DNA from: a bacterium
Lineage (GTDB): Bacteria; Desulfobacterota; Binatia; HRBIN30; CADEER01
NCBI GenBank assembly: GCA_031401035.1
Contig: JANNRA010000032.1
Location: 59,472 to 123,471 of the forward strand
Reading direction: 5' to 3'
Length of the DNA: 64,000 bases
Shown here one piece after another: positions 8,316 to 18,170 of this stretch (positions within the stretch are counted from its first letter, which is position 1; each line of letters begins with the position of its first letter). Position numbers and translations under genes: made by a program. The notes below the pieces were generated by a model. The model was not told where the DNA came from and ran no database searches. It saw only the letters and a list, made by a program, of their open reading frames with translations.

Positions 8316-9587
8316 ATGGCTGGGGAACTACGCGATGCGCGACCGGCGACATTGAACGCGCCACGGCCCAGCGGCCGGGTGGCCGATGCCGCGCTCCTGC
8401 GTGCGTGCGTCCACTGCGGCCTGTGCCTGGAGGCCTGCCCGACCTACCTCGAGCTGGGGACCGAGGCGGACTCGCCGCGTGGCCGCATTCATCTCATTCG
8501 CGCCCTCGAGGACGGCACGCTCGGTCTCGATGCCGAGGTCGTGCGCCACATCGATCTGTGCCTCGGTTGCCGAGCCTGCGAGAGCGCTTGTCCCTCCGGC
8601 GTTCGATATGGAGAGATTATCGAAGAAGCGCGCGGCTACGTCGAAGAGCACGCCAGGCGTCCGTGGCCCGAGCGGCTGCGCCGGCAGGCCATCCTGGCGC
8701 TGTTCCCGTATGCGTGGCGGATGCGCGTCGCGCTCTGGTTTTCCGACCTGGCGCGCGTTATCGGCGTCTGGCCGCTGGTGACGCGCCTCGTCGCCGGGGC
8801 CGACCTCCTGCCGGCGGCGCGGCAGCGCATGCCGGACGGAGCCTTTCATCCGGCGCACGAGGGCGAGCGCCTGCGCGTCGGCCTGCTGACGGGCTGCGTG
8901 GCGGGGGAGCTGTTCGGGGAGGTGAACGCCGCGGCGGTGCGGGTGTTGAACCGCGCCGGCGCCGCCGTCGTCGTGCCGCCGGGGCAGGGATGCTGCGGCG
9001 CGCTGCATCTGCACGCCGGTGATCGGGAGTCGGCGCGCACTTTCGCCCGGCGCAATCTGGATGCCTTCCCGGACGAGGTCGACGCGGTCGTGGTGACAGC
9101 GGCCGGCTGCGGGGCGGCGATGAAGGAGTACGGGACCCTACTCGACGGCGAGCCGGGGTACGGCGAGCGGGCTCGCCGCTTCGCCGCCCGCGTCCGCGAC
9201 GTCACCGAGGTGCTCGACGCGGTCGGCGTTGCGCCCGGCACGCGACCGCGGCCGCTGCGGGTTGCCTACCACGACGCCTGCCACTTGGCGCATGCGCAGG
9301 GCGTCCGCGATCAGCCGCGGCGCCTCCTCGCCGGCGTCACAGGACTGGAACTGGTAGAACTCGGCGAGTCCGACGTATGCTGCGGCAGCGCTGGCAGCTA
9401 CAACCTGACGGAGCCGGAGATGGCGCGGCGCCTGCGCGAGCGCAAGATCGATCATATCCTCGCCAGCGGCGCCGAGTGTGTGGCGGCGGCCAATCCCGGT
9501 TGTGCGCTGCAGATTCGCGCCGGCCTGGCGGCGCGCGGCTCAACCGTGCGCGTCGTCCATCCGGTCGAGTTGCTCGACGAGTCGTAG
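8316..9587 (+). CDS. glcF: Glycolate oxidase iron-sulfur subunit GlcF
   Basis: Two 4Fe-4S ferredoxin motifs (CVHCGLCLEACPTY and CLGCRACESACPSG) are followed by CCG-domain cysteines (CCGALH, CCGSAG). The ATG lies 2 nt after the glcE stop. Confidence 0.8.
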   Translation: MAGELRDARPATLNAPRPSGRVADAALLRACVHCGLCLEACPTYLELGTEADSPRGRIHLIRALEDGTLGLDAEVVRHIDLCLGCRACESACPSGVRYGEIIEEARGYVEEHARRPWPERLRRQAILALFPYAWRMRVALWFSDLARVIGVWPLVTRLVAGADLLPAARQRMPDGAFHPAHEGERLRVGLLTGCVAGELFGEVNAAAVRVLNRAGAAVVVPPGQGCCGALHLHAGDRESARTFARRNLDAFPDEVDAVVVTAAGCGAAMKEYGTLLDGEPGYGERARRFAARVRDVTEVLDAVGVAPGTRPRPLRVAYHDACHLAHAQGVRDQPRRLLAGVTGLELVELGESDVCCGSAGSYNLTEPEMARRLRERKIDHILASGAECVAAANPGCALQIRAGLAARGSTVRVVHPVELLDES

Positions 9588-9589
9588 GG

Positions 9590-10600
9590 TCAGTCGCGCA
9601 GCAGGACGTCGGTGCCCAGTCGCAGCGTGCCGAGCCAGCGGCGTAGCAACGGCGAGCGCTGCACCACCCCGCGCAGCTTGACGATCGCCAGCCGCTCGAG
9701 GCGGTAGCGATCGAGAGCTTTCCGCGCCGGCGTCGCTCCGGCCGCGTCGGCGGCCTCGAGCGGCGCCCAGAGCCCCTCGAGCGGATGCTTCCAGGTGGCG
9801 AGGTCGGCGGGGTCTAGGCGGGCGATCATTGCCTGGCAGAGGCGTAGCCGCTCCGGCTGCGCGGCGATCTCGACCGCCCATTTGTCGACCGACACGGTGC
9901 TCGGGCGCGAGTGCTGCTTGACGCCGATGGGATCGCCGAGGCCGGCCGCGGCGGGTTCGTGCTGGCCGTACTCGACCGCCTGCGGTTCGTTCGGGACGCC
10001 GAGAAAGGTGAAGATCTCGCCCAACACGCGCTCCGGGTCGGCGACCATCTGCTCGTAGACGACGTGGTAGATCGGTACCGGCCGGGTGCGCAGGAATCGT
10101 GCGATCGCCGGCACGTAGCGCTCGAGCAGCGGGTTGTAGTCGTGCGCGGCGGGGTAGTCGCCGTTGAAGAACGACTCGGCGTAAGAGCTGAAGACGGCGA
10201 GTGGGTGGCGCGTCAGGACGACGTACCGCGCCTGCGGGTAGATTCTCGCCATGAAGTCGAGGATCAGGCCATTGGCTGGCGTCTTATCGAGTATCAGGCG
10301 CTTCTCGGGTCGGGTCGCCAGCATGCGGTGATACAGCGTGTCGCAGTAGGCGCGACACGCGTCGATGTAGTCCTGTTCGCCGCCGGGAAGGCCGGCGACA
10401 AACTGGCGTTGCGCCTCGGCGGCCAAGACGGCGTCGTACGGCGCCCTGTCGACCTTGGCGTAGTAACCCAGGTGCGCGAGCGGGGTCAGGAGGTGTGGCT
10501 CCGGGCGGCCCATGATCTGCGAGTGGGCGCCGATCATGCGCGCCAGCAGGGTGGACCCGGAGCGCGGCGGGCCGATGACGAAGAGCACCTTGTCGTCCAC
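9590..10600 (-). CDS. PAPS-dependent sulfotransferase family protein
   Basis: It has the 5'-PSB motif VIGPPRSGSTLLARM and the 3'-PB motif LTRHPLAVFSSY. It is 336 aa from a GTG start; the longer ORF upstream is the antisense of the acyl-CoA synthetase and was rejected. Confidence 0.7.
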   Translation of the reverse strand: MDDKVLFVIGPPRSGSTLLARMIGAHSQIMGRPEPHLLTPLAHLGYYAKVDRAPYDAVLAAEAQRQFVAGLPGGEQDYIDACRAYCDTLYHRMLATRPEKRLILDKTPANGLILDFMARIYPQARYVVLTRHPLAVFSSYAESFFNGDYPAAHDYNPLLERYVPAIARFLRTRPVPIYHVVYEQMVADPERVLGEIFTFLGVPNEPQAVEYGQHEPAAAGLGDPIGVKQHSRPSTVSVDKWAVEIAAQPERLRLCQAMIARLDPADLATWKHPLEGLWAPLEAADAAGATPARKALDRYRLERLAIVKLRGVVQRSPLLRRWLGTLRLGTDVLLRD

Positions 10601-10650
10601 GATCGGCGGACTGTACCAGCGGCGGTGCCGGCAATCGAGCGCCGAGTGGG

Positions 10651-12171
10651 TCAGGCGAAGAGCAACGTCACCGCCGGCTTGCGGACCTTGCCCATCGGAT
10701 TGCGGGGCAGGTCGTCGACGATGCGCAAGAGGGTCGGGACCTTGTACGGGGCGAGGTGCTGTTTGGCCCAGGCGCGCAGCTCGTCGATGGCGAGCGTCGC
10801 TCCGGGTACCAGGATGGCGGCGACGCCGACGCGCTGACCCCACTCCTCGTCGGCGACGCCGACGACGGCGCACTCGGCGATGGCCGCATGAGTCCGCAGC
10901 ACCTCTTCGATCTCGAGCGCCGAGACCTTGAAGCCGCCGGTCTTGATAATGTCGATCGAAGCGCGGCCGAGAATGCGCAGACTTCCGTGCTCGCACACGG
11001 CGACGTCGCCGGTGCGGAACCACCCGTCGGCGGTGAATGCCTCTCGGGTCTCCGCGGGCCGGCGCCAGTATTCCTGGAACACCCCACGGCCGCGCACCTC
11101 GATCGCGCCAGGCGAGCCGTCGTCGACCGGTTGGCCGGCCTCGTCCACCAGCCGCACGTCGACGCCGGGGAATGGAACCCCCACATGCCCGGGTTGCCGC
11201 ACCCCGTGCAGTGGATTGCCGAGGCCCATGCCGATTTCCGTCATACCGTAGCGTTCGAGCAGGGTGTGCCCACTGATCTCGCGCCAGGCTTCCAGCAGCG
11301 CGACGGGTAGGGCGGCGGAGCCCGAGACCATCAGCCGCAGACGTCGCGCCCCACTGCTCAGCGCCACACGACGCGGCTCGGGCGCTGCCTCCCAAGCGCT
11401 GCGCAGCCGCGCGTAGATGGTCGGGACGGCCATGAACAGCGTCAGGCTGGGGTCGGCGGCGAGGCGCGTCCAGACGGCGTCGACGTCGAAGCCCTCCTGC
11501 AACTCGCAGACGGCGCCGGCCCACAGGGCGCAGCAGAGGACGTTGAGGATGCCGTGCAGGTGGTGCAGCGGCAGAACATGAAGGATGCGGTCGTCGGCGG
11601 ACCATTCCCACGCTTCGACCACCGAGGCGATCTGCGCCGCCAGCCCGGCGTGGGTCGTGACGACACCCTTGGGACGACTTGTGGTGCCGCTGGTGTACAG
11701 GATCATGGCGCGGCGCTCGCTGGCCCCCTCGGGCAGCGGCGCCGGCGCGCGCTCGAGCAGGTGCTCGATGCTGACGAAACGTCGACCCCGCTGGCGCGCC
11801 AGCGGGGCGATGCGAGCGGCGTAGCGGGCGTCGGCGACGATGATTGCGGCGTCGGAATCGTCGATGGCGTAGCCCAGCTCCGGCGCCGGATGTGTCGTGC
11901 AGAGCGGCACCGCGACGCCGCCGGCGCGCCAGATGCCCCACTGCGCGGTCACATGCGCGCAGCTCGGCCCGACCAGGAAGGCGACGCGTGCTTCTGACAG
12001 GTCCGCGACGCCGTCGAGCAGCCCTGCCGCGACCTGCGCGGAGGTCGCGAGCAGGCGCGCGTAGTCCCAGGTCCCGTCCGGCGCGATCAACGCCGGCCGT
12101 GCGGCGAAGCGGCCGGCGCGCTCGATGATATCCATGGGCGCTCGCGCGGTGTCAGTCCCGTCTCGGCTCAC
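10651..12171 (-). CDS. AMP-dependent synthetase/ligase (acyl-CoA synthetase family)
   Basis: AMP-binding motif ILYTSGTTSRPKGV, plus ...YGMTEIG..., GWFRTGD and the C-terminal PRNPMGKVRK. An alternative start is at Met13 (12135). Confidence 0.8.
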   Translation of the reverse strand: MSRDGTDTARAPMDIIERAGRFAARPALIAPDGTWDYARLLATSAQVAAGLLDGVADLSEARVAFLVGPSCAHVTAQWGIWRAGGVAVPLCTTHPAPELGYAIDDSDAAIIVADARYAARIAPLARQRGRRFVSIEHLLERAPAPLPEGASERRAMILYTSGTTSRPKGVVTTHAGLAAQIASVVEAWEWSADDRILHVLPLHHLHGILNVLCCALWAGAVCELQEGFDVDAVWTRLAADPSLTLFMAVPTIYARLRSAWEAAPEPRRVALSSGARRLRLMVSGSAALPVALLEAWREISGHTLLERYGMTEIGMGLGNPLHGVRQPGHVGVPFPGVDVRLVDEAGQPVDDGSPGAIEVRGRGVFQEYWRRPAETREAFTADGWFRTGDVAVCEHGSLRILGRASIDIIKTGGFKVSALEIEEVLRTHAAIAECAVVGVADEEWGQRVGVAAILVPGATLAIDELRAWAKQHLAPYKVPTLLRIVDDLPRNPMGKVRKPAVTLLFA

Positions 12172-13172
12172 GGCGCGAAGGCCGACAGGATCCGCTCATT
12201 GTTCTCCCGCACGCGTTCGCTGGGCACGCCCACCGAGGGCGCGTAGAAGAGCACTTCGTCGCAGAGGCCCTCCCACTGGCGCAGCCGATCGCGCGCCTCG
12301 TCGGGCGTGCAGGCGATGGCGATCTCATCGACCATCGCGTCGGGAATAGCCGCCGCCATCGCCGCGACGTCGAAGGATGCCAGGGCCGCTCGACACGCGT
12401 CGGCGACCTGCGGCAAGCCATGCAGGCGCAGGATCGTGTGGTAAACCTTCACCGTGTAGTAGAAGCCGATCTGCTGCTTGGCATCCTGTAGCGCCACGGC
12501 GCGATCAGAGTTGATCGAGGTCAGCACGTAGGGCACCAGCCGGCAGGCGCCGGCCGGGCGGCCGGCGGCGGCCTCGGCGGTGCGCAGGGTGGGCAGCGTC
12601 ACCTCGCGGTGCCAGCGGCGCGTTGCAATCGGATGGCCGACGACGCCGTCGGCGACGGCGCCGGCACTGCGCAGCATCGGCTCGTTGACGGCCGCCACCC
12701 ACAGCGGCAGGTCCGGGCGCGCGCCGGGACGCATGTAGACGGGGATGGTGAGGTCCCAGAAACGGCCCTTGAAACGGAAGCCGAAGCCGGCGGCGGCGCG
12801 GAAGGCGGCGCGCAGCAGCTCGACGAGTTCCTTCATCCGGCCGGCCGGCTTCTCGAACGGCACGCCCCACCAGTCGACGTTCATGCGCCGTGTGCCGCTG
12901 CCGAGCCCGAGCACCATCCGCCCGCCGGACAGCTCATCGAGGTCCATCGCAGCCGTGGCGTGCACGAGCGGCGCGCGGGTGAAGGCGTTGGCGATGCCGG
13001 TGCCGATCTGGATGCGCGAGGTGGTGGCGGCGATGGCGCCGAGGACGGCGAAGGCGTGCTGGTTGAAGAACTCGACCGTCAGCACGGTGTCGAAGCCGGC
13101 TCGCTCGGCCTCTTGTGCCAGGGTCAGGTTGCCGCGTGCCGAGCCGGCGGTGAGGATCAGTCCGCGTCGCAT
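12168..13172 (-). CDS. Luciferase-like monooxygenase (LLM) class oxidoreductase, possibly F420-dependent
   Basis: The 334-aa product has LLM-family composition (...GRMVLGLGSG..., TIM-barrel length). Its stop overlaps the acyl-CoA synthetase start by 4 nt. F420 rather than FMN dependence is an inference from family and context. Confidence 0.7.
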   Translation of the reverse strand: MRRGLILTAGSARGNLTLAQEAERAGFDTVLTVEFFNQHAFAVLGAIAATTSRIQIGTGIANAFTRAPLVHATAAMDLDELSGGRMVLGLGSGTRRMNVDWWGVPFEKPAGRMKELVELLRAAFRAAAGFGFRFKGRFWDLTIPVYMRPGARPDLPLWVAAVNEPMLRSAGAVADGVVGHPIATRRWHREVTLPTLRTAEAAAGRPAGACRLVPYVLTSINSDRAVALQDAKQQIGFYYTVKVYHTILRLHGLPQVADACRAALASFDVAAMAAAIPDAMVDEIAIACTPDEARDRLRQWEGLCDEVLFYAPSVGVPSERVRENNERILSAFAP

Positions 13173-13211
13173 CGTCCTCTCCTTCGAGCCCTGATCACAG
13201 AGCCCCGGATG

Positions 13212-13955
13212 CTAGCTCACCAGTCCCAGTCCGCCGTCGACGACGACGATCTCGCCGGTCATGTAGCGCGACTGGATGACGCCGAAGATCGTCTCGGCGA
13301 TGTCCTCGCCGGTCGCCGAGCGTCCGAGCGGGGCGTTCTGTGCGACGAGCGCGTGCAGCCCGGCCCAGTCCTGGGTCCACGGCGTCGCAACCAACCCCGG
13401 CGCCACGGCGTTGACGCGCACCGGGCCAGAGACCTTGGCGAGGAGCTGGGTGAGGTGGTTGATCGCGGCCTTCGAGACGGCGTACGGAATCGAACTGCCG
13501 GTCGGTCGCACGCCGGCGACCGACGTGACGTTGACGATGACGCCGGACGGACTTCGTTTCAGCGCCGGCATGGCGGCGCGGCAGAGGTACCAGGTCCCGA
13601 GCAGGTTGACGTCGAGAATGCGGCGGAAGACCTCGTCGGTGACGGCGTCGAGATCGGCATGCGGGATGAGCTGGGTCGTGCCGGCATTATTGACCAGGAT
13701 GTCGAGGCGGCCGAAGCGCGCCAGCGTCGTGCCAATCAGCGCCTGGCAGGCGGCCTCGTCGGCGACGCTGCCTTGTACGTAACAGGCGTTGGGGAGGGAG
13801 GTGGCGACGCGTTCGCCGGCCTCGACCGACGTCGAGGAGTTGATCACCAGCGCCGCGCCGGCGGCGGCGAGGCGCCGGGCGGTCGCCTCGCCGATGCCGC
13901 TGGAGGAGCCGGTGACGACGGCGACCTGGCCGGCGAGCGCGTCGGATGCCGTCAC
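13212..13955 (-). CDS. Short-chain dehydrogenase/reductase (SDR)
   Basis: VAVVTGSSSGIGEATARRLA (TGxxxGxG), NNAG, and the catalytic S...YAVSKAA motif. The GTG start overlaps the upstream stop (GTGA). Confidence 0.8.
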   Translation of the reverse strand: MTASDALAGQVAVVTGSSSGIGEATARRLAAAGAALVINSSTSVEAGERVATSLPNACYVQGSVADEAACQALIGTTLARFGRLDILVNNAGTTQLIPHADLDAVTDEVFRRILDVNLLGTWYLCRAAMPALKRSPSGVIVNVTSVAGVRPTGSSIPYAVSKAAINHLTQLLAKVSGPVRVNAVAPGLVATPWTQDWAGLHALVAQNAPLGRSATGEDIAETIFGVIQSRYMTGEIVVVDGGLGLVS

Positions 13956-15064
13956 TGGGCGGCGACCGGCTGGTCGTTGTTCGACGTCTTCTGCATGAAC
14001 TGCATGAGCAACTGGACGAGTTCCTGCGGCGGCGTCGTCTCGGGATCCTCGACCGAATCCTTGAGATGCTCGAACTGCAGCAGGTCGAGCTTGGCGTAGG
14101 CCTCGCGCACGCGCGGGGTGAGCAGGCCAAGGCGCTTCAGGTTGGGCACGATCTTCTGGAACATCATCTGCCGGAAGCCGCGCATGAACGGGGTCGTCTC
14201 CGACCACGCCGTCCACACCTTGGGATCCCAGCCGAGGTGTTCGAATACCGGCGTCGGGACGAGGCGCTCGCGCAGCAGGTGGGTGGCTTCGATGACGAAG
14301 TCCTCGCGCTCGCGCAGCTCCGTGGCGCTCATCTGGTTGGTGTACAGATCAGACAGCGACAGGACGCCGAAGGCGACGTGGCGGGACTCGTCCTGCATGA
14401 CGCGCGTGATGAGGTCCTGGATCAGCGGCTCGTCCATCATCTGCATGCGGGTGACGCCGAAGGCCGCCAGCGCCAGGCCCTCGACCATGATCTGCATGCC
14501 GAGGAAGGTGACGTCCCAGCGCGAGTCGCAGACGATGTCGTCGAGCAGCCGGTTCAGGCTCGGCACGCATTCGTACGAGAGGCCCAGCTTCTCGGTCAGG
14601 TAGCGATGGTAGACCTCGACGTGGCGCGCTTCATCCGCCACCTGGTTGGCGGCGTAAAACTTCGCCTCTTCCCACGGCACGCCCTGGACGATCTTCGCCG
14701 TCGCCACCAGCGCGCCCTGCTCGCCGTGCAGGAACTGCGACAACATGAAGGCGTTCATATTGAGCTGGAACTCGATGACCTGCTCGTCGCTCAGCGGCGT
14801 CGGCGGGTTGAGGAGCGAGTTCATCAGCGCCGGCATGCCGTTGGCCACGCGCTGCTTCACCATGCGTTCGATGTTGACGTCGATCGACCAGTCGAGGTCG
14901 TTGGCGTTCCACGTCTGGGTCTTACCCTTCTCGTAAAGGGCGAGCAGGTTCTGCTTCTCGAGCGCATACTTCCAATCGAAGACGGTATCGATGGTGGCGC
15001 GCACCGACTCGAAGGCCGGCCCGCCCTTCCGCAGCGGCAGGGGGTTGTGCTGGGTGTACTGCAT
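13952..15064 (-). CDS. Ferritin-like diiron-carboxylate oxygenase (AurF / acyl-ACP-desaturase-like)
   Basis: Two E...EXXH ligand pairs are present: ...HGEQGA...DEARHVEVYHRY and ...MVEGLA...QDESRHVAFG. The product is 370 aa. Confidence 0.65.
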   Translation of the reverse strand: MQYTQHNPLPLRKGGPAFESVRATIDTVFDWKYALEKQNLLALYEKGKTQTWNANDLDWSIDVNIERMVKQRVANGMPALMNSLLNPPTPLSDEQVIEFQLNMNAFMLSQFLHGEQGALVATAKIVQGVPWEEAKFYAANQVADEARHVEVYHRYLTEKLGLSYECVPSLNRLLDDIVCDSRWDVTFLGMQIMVEGLALAAFGVTRMQMMDEPLIQDLITRVMQDESRHVAFGVLSLSDLYTNQMSATELREREDFVIEATHLLRERLVPTPVFEHLGWDPKVWTAWSETTPFMRGFRQMMFQKIVPNLKRLGLLTPRVREAYAKLDLLQFEHLKDSVEDPETTPPQELVQLLMQFMQKTSNNDQPVAAQ

Positions 15065-15066
15065 CT

Positions 15067-15753
15067 TCAGGTCCTCCTCCGGTCGCGCGCCGCCGGACGG
15101 CGGCGCGGCTCGATGCCCACGTAGCGGAGCACCAGGGTGGTGATTTCGCGCTGCAACTCGTCGTCGCCGAGGGCGCGGCCGCCCGCATGCGTCTCCTCGA
15201 TCAGGACATGCTGCTGCATGATGGCGAAGGCCGTCTGGATCGCCAGGGCGATCGCCAGCGGCGGATCGGGATGGGTCATGTCCTCCCGCCGCGCCAGCAG
15301 CAGGGCGCTGAGGCGCTCCTCGACGCTGCGCCGGAAGCGCAGGCCGCCAGCGAGGATCACCGGATCTTCGAGGGCGCGGGCGAGGAAGGCGGCGATCATG
15401 TGGCGCCGCTCGCGCGTCGTCGTCACCAACTCGGCCACCGCCGCCTCGACGATCGCCGTCGTCGGCGCATCGGCCCAGCGCGTCGCGTCGGCCAGGCGTT
15501 CGACGCGCTCGGAGAGCTCGAGAAAGTGCTGCTCCTCGAGGGCGCGCAGGAGCTCGTTCTTGTCGCGGAAGCGGGCGTAGAAGCCGCCGACGGACGACCC
15601 GGCGCGCCGCGCGATTTCCGGGACTGACACTGCCCGGTGGCCCTTGGCGACGATCAGTTCCTCGGCGGCCGCGAGCAGTCGGCGCAGTGTCTGTTCGCTG
15701 CGCGCCTGCTTCGGCCCGCTGACGGTCTGGAGGTGAGCTACGAACGGCATCAA
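15067..15753 (-). CDS. TetR/AcrR family transcriptional regulator
   Basis: N-terminal HTH ...LLAAAEELIVAKGHRAVSVPEIARRAGSSVGGFYARFRDKNELL. It is first gene of the minus-strand cluster 15753->9590. Confidence 0.8.
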   Translation of the reverse strand: MMPFVAHLQTVSGPKQARSEQTLRRLLAAAEELIVAKGHRAVSVPEIARRAGSSVGGFYARFRDKNELLRALEEQHFLELSERVERLADATRWADAPTTAIVEAAVAELVTTTRERRHMIAAFLARALEDPVILAGGLRFRRSVEERLSALLLARREDMTHPDPPLAIALAIQTAFAIMQQHVLIEETHAGGRALGDDELQREITTLVLRYVGIEPRRRPAARDRRRT

Positions 15754-15851
15754 GAATCCGAATCCGATTCGCGTTCGTATCTGGGTCGACGGGGATTGTC
15801 CAGGTATTCCTCGCTACGCAGGTGCGTGTGGCGGCAAGCGCTCCCGGGACG

Positions 15852-15879
15852 CGGGGCGGCGCGGCTGGCCGCCGCCCCC
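15852..15879 (-). terminator. GC-rich stem-loop downstream of the acyl-CoA dehydrogenase stop (putative intrinsic terminator, no U-tract)
   Basis: CGGGGCGGCG-cggctggc-CGCCGCCCCG is a 10-bp perfect stem with an 8-nt loop. It sits about 20 nt downstream of the 15899 stop on the minus strand. Confidence 0.25.
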
Positions 15880-15898
15880 GGGCCCATCGCGCCTCCGC

Positions 15899-17116
<1,218 letters not shown>

Positions 17117-17222
17117 TCGGTTGGGAGACTAAAGCGGACGCCTCCGTGCGTGTCCATGACGGGGCCGGCGCCAAGCGCTGTTGACCGATCCGACGCGCAA
17201 CTGTACAGACCAGTACGTACGT

Positions 17223-17936
17223 ATGGCGCGAGGGAGATACCAGAAGAGCGATATCAGCCGCGAGCGGATCCTCGAGTCCGCTATCGAGCTGTTCTCAGCG
17301 CGGGGCTATGCGGCGGCCGGCGTGGACCGCGTTGCCGAGCGTTCAGGTATCGCCAAGACGGCTATCTACTACCACTTTGGCAATAAAGAGGGGTTACTCG
17401 TCGCGGTGCTGGAGCGTGCCGCGACGCATTGGATCGAGGGTATCGAGCAGGCTGCCAGGCAGGGCGGCGAGCCACTCGAGCGACTCGACCGCGCCCTCGT
17501 CGGCATGCGCGCCATGCTCGAGGAGCGGCCCTGGATCCTCAAACTCTTCCAACTCCTGGCGCTCGAAGTCGCCGACCACAAGCCGGAGGTGCGCGCGACG
17601 CTGCAGGGGATCATTGGCAAGGCGCGCGACGCCATCGTCAACGGCATGCGCGACGCGCTTGGCGTCGCCGTGCCGGGGGCGGAGACGGTCGCGGGTCTGC
17701 TCCTGGCTCTGCTCGACGGCGTGTCCCTCGGCGCCCATATTACGCCGACGCTGCTGCCCTACGACGACGCCTTCCGCGAGATCCGGCGTCTGGTCGCCTT
17801 CATGATTGCGACGCGACTCAACCCCGAGTTGGCGGCGCTGTTCGACAAGCCCCCCGATCTGGTGCGCCTGCTGCCGGACGGGCGGCCCCCTACAGGAGAT
17901 CTGGACGATGACCGCATTGGCCAGTCTGACCGGTGA
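17223..17936 (+). CDS. TetR family transcriptional regulator
   Basis: HTH ILESAIELFSARGYAAAGVDRVAERSGIAKTAIYYHFGNKEGLL. It is divergent from the acyl-CoA dehydrogenase. The start was chosen at Met15 of the ORF. Confidence 0.8.
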   Translation: MARGRYQKSDISRERILESAIELFSARGYAAAGVDRVAERSGIAKTAIYYHFGNKEGLLVAVLERAATHWIEGIEQAARQGGEPLERLDRALVGMRAMLEERPWILKLFQLLALEVADHKPEVRATLQGIIGKARDAIVNGMRDALGVAVPGAETVAGLLLALLDGVSLGAHITPTLLPYDDAFREIRRLVAFMIATRLNPELAALFDKPPDLVRLLPDGRPPTGDLDDDRIGQSDR

Positions 17937-18129
17937 GCTGCCGCAGGCAGAGCACGAGCGCGACGACGTCGACGAGGCGTACGGCCCGGGGTCGCTCGGT
18001 GCCGAACACCTCAAGCGGGCGCTGTTCAAACCGCGCCAGCTGTGCTGGGAACTCGGCGTGCTGACCGAGGGGTGGGCAGGGCTGTGGAAGCGGTTCGGTA
18101 TCTACGCGGCGAACGGGCCGCCGGTGTGA
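17908..18129 (+). CDS. Hypothetical small protein (73 aa), acidic N-terminus and Trp-rich C-terminus
   Basis: The ATG overlaps the end of the TetR gene. It has GC3-rich coding-like codon usage: MTALASLTGELPQAEHERDDVDEAYGPGSLGAEHLKRALFKPRQLCWELGVLTEGWAGLWKRFGIYAANGPPV. I recognised no family. Confidence 0.3.
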   Translation: MTALASLTGELPQAEHERDDVDEAYGPGSLGAEHLKRALFKPRQLCWELGVLTEGWAGLWKRFGIYAANGPPV

Positions 18130-18170
18130 GACGCTGATCGCGGGCGCGGCCAGCGCCGCCCCCTCGACGG

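Noticed and set aside
9590-11941. A 783-aa minus-strand ORF apparently fusing a sulfotransferase to a long N-terminal region.
   Set aside because: Its N-terminal 447 aa are low-complexity and are the out-of-frame antisense of the acyl-CoA synthetase gene (10651-12171). Only the C-terminal 336 aa from the GTG at 10600 carry sulfotransferase motifs.
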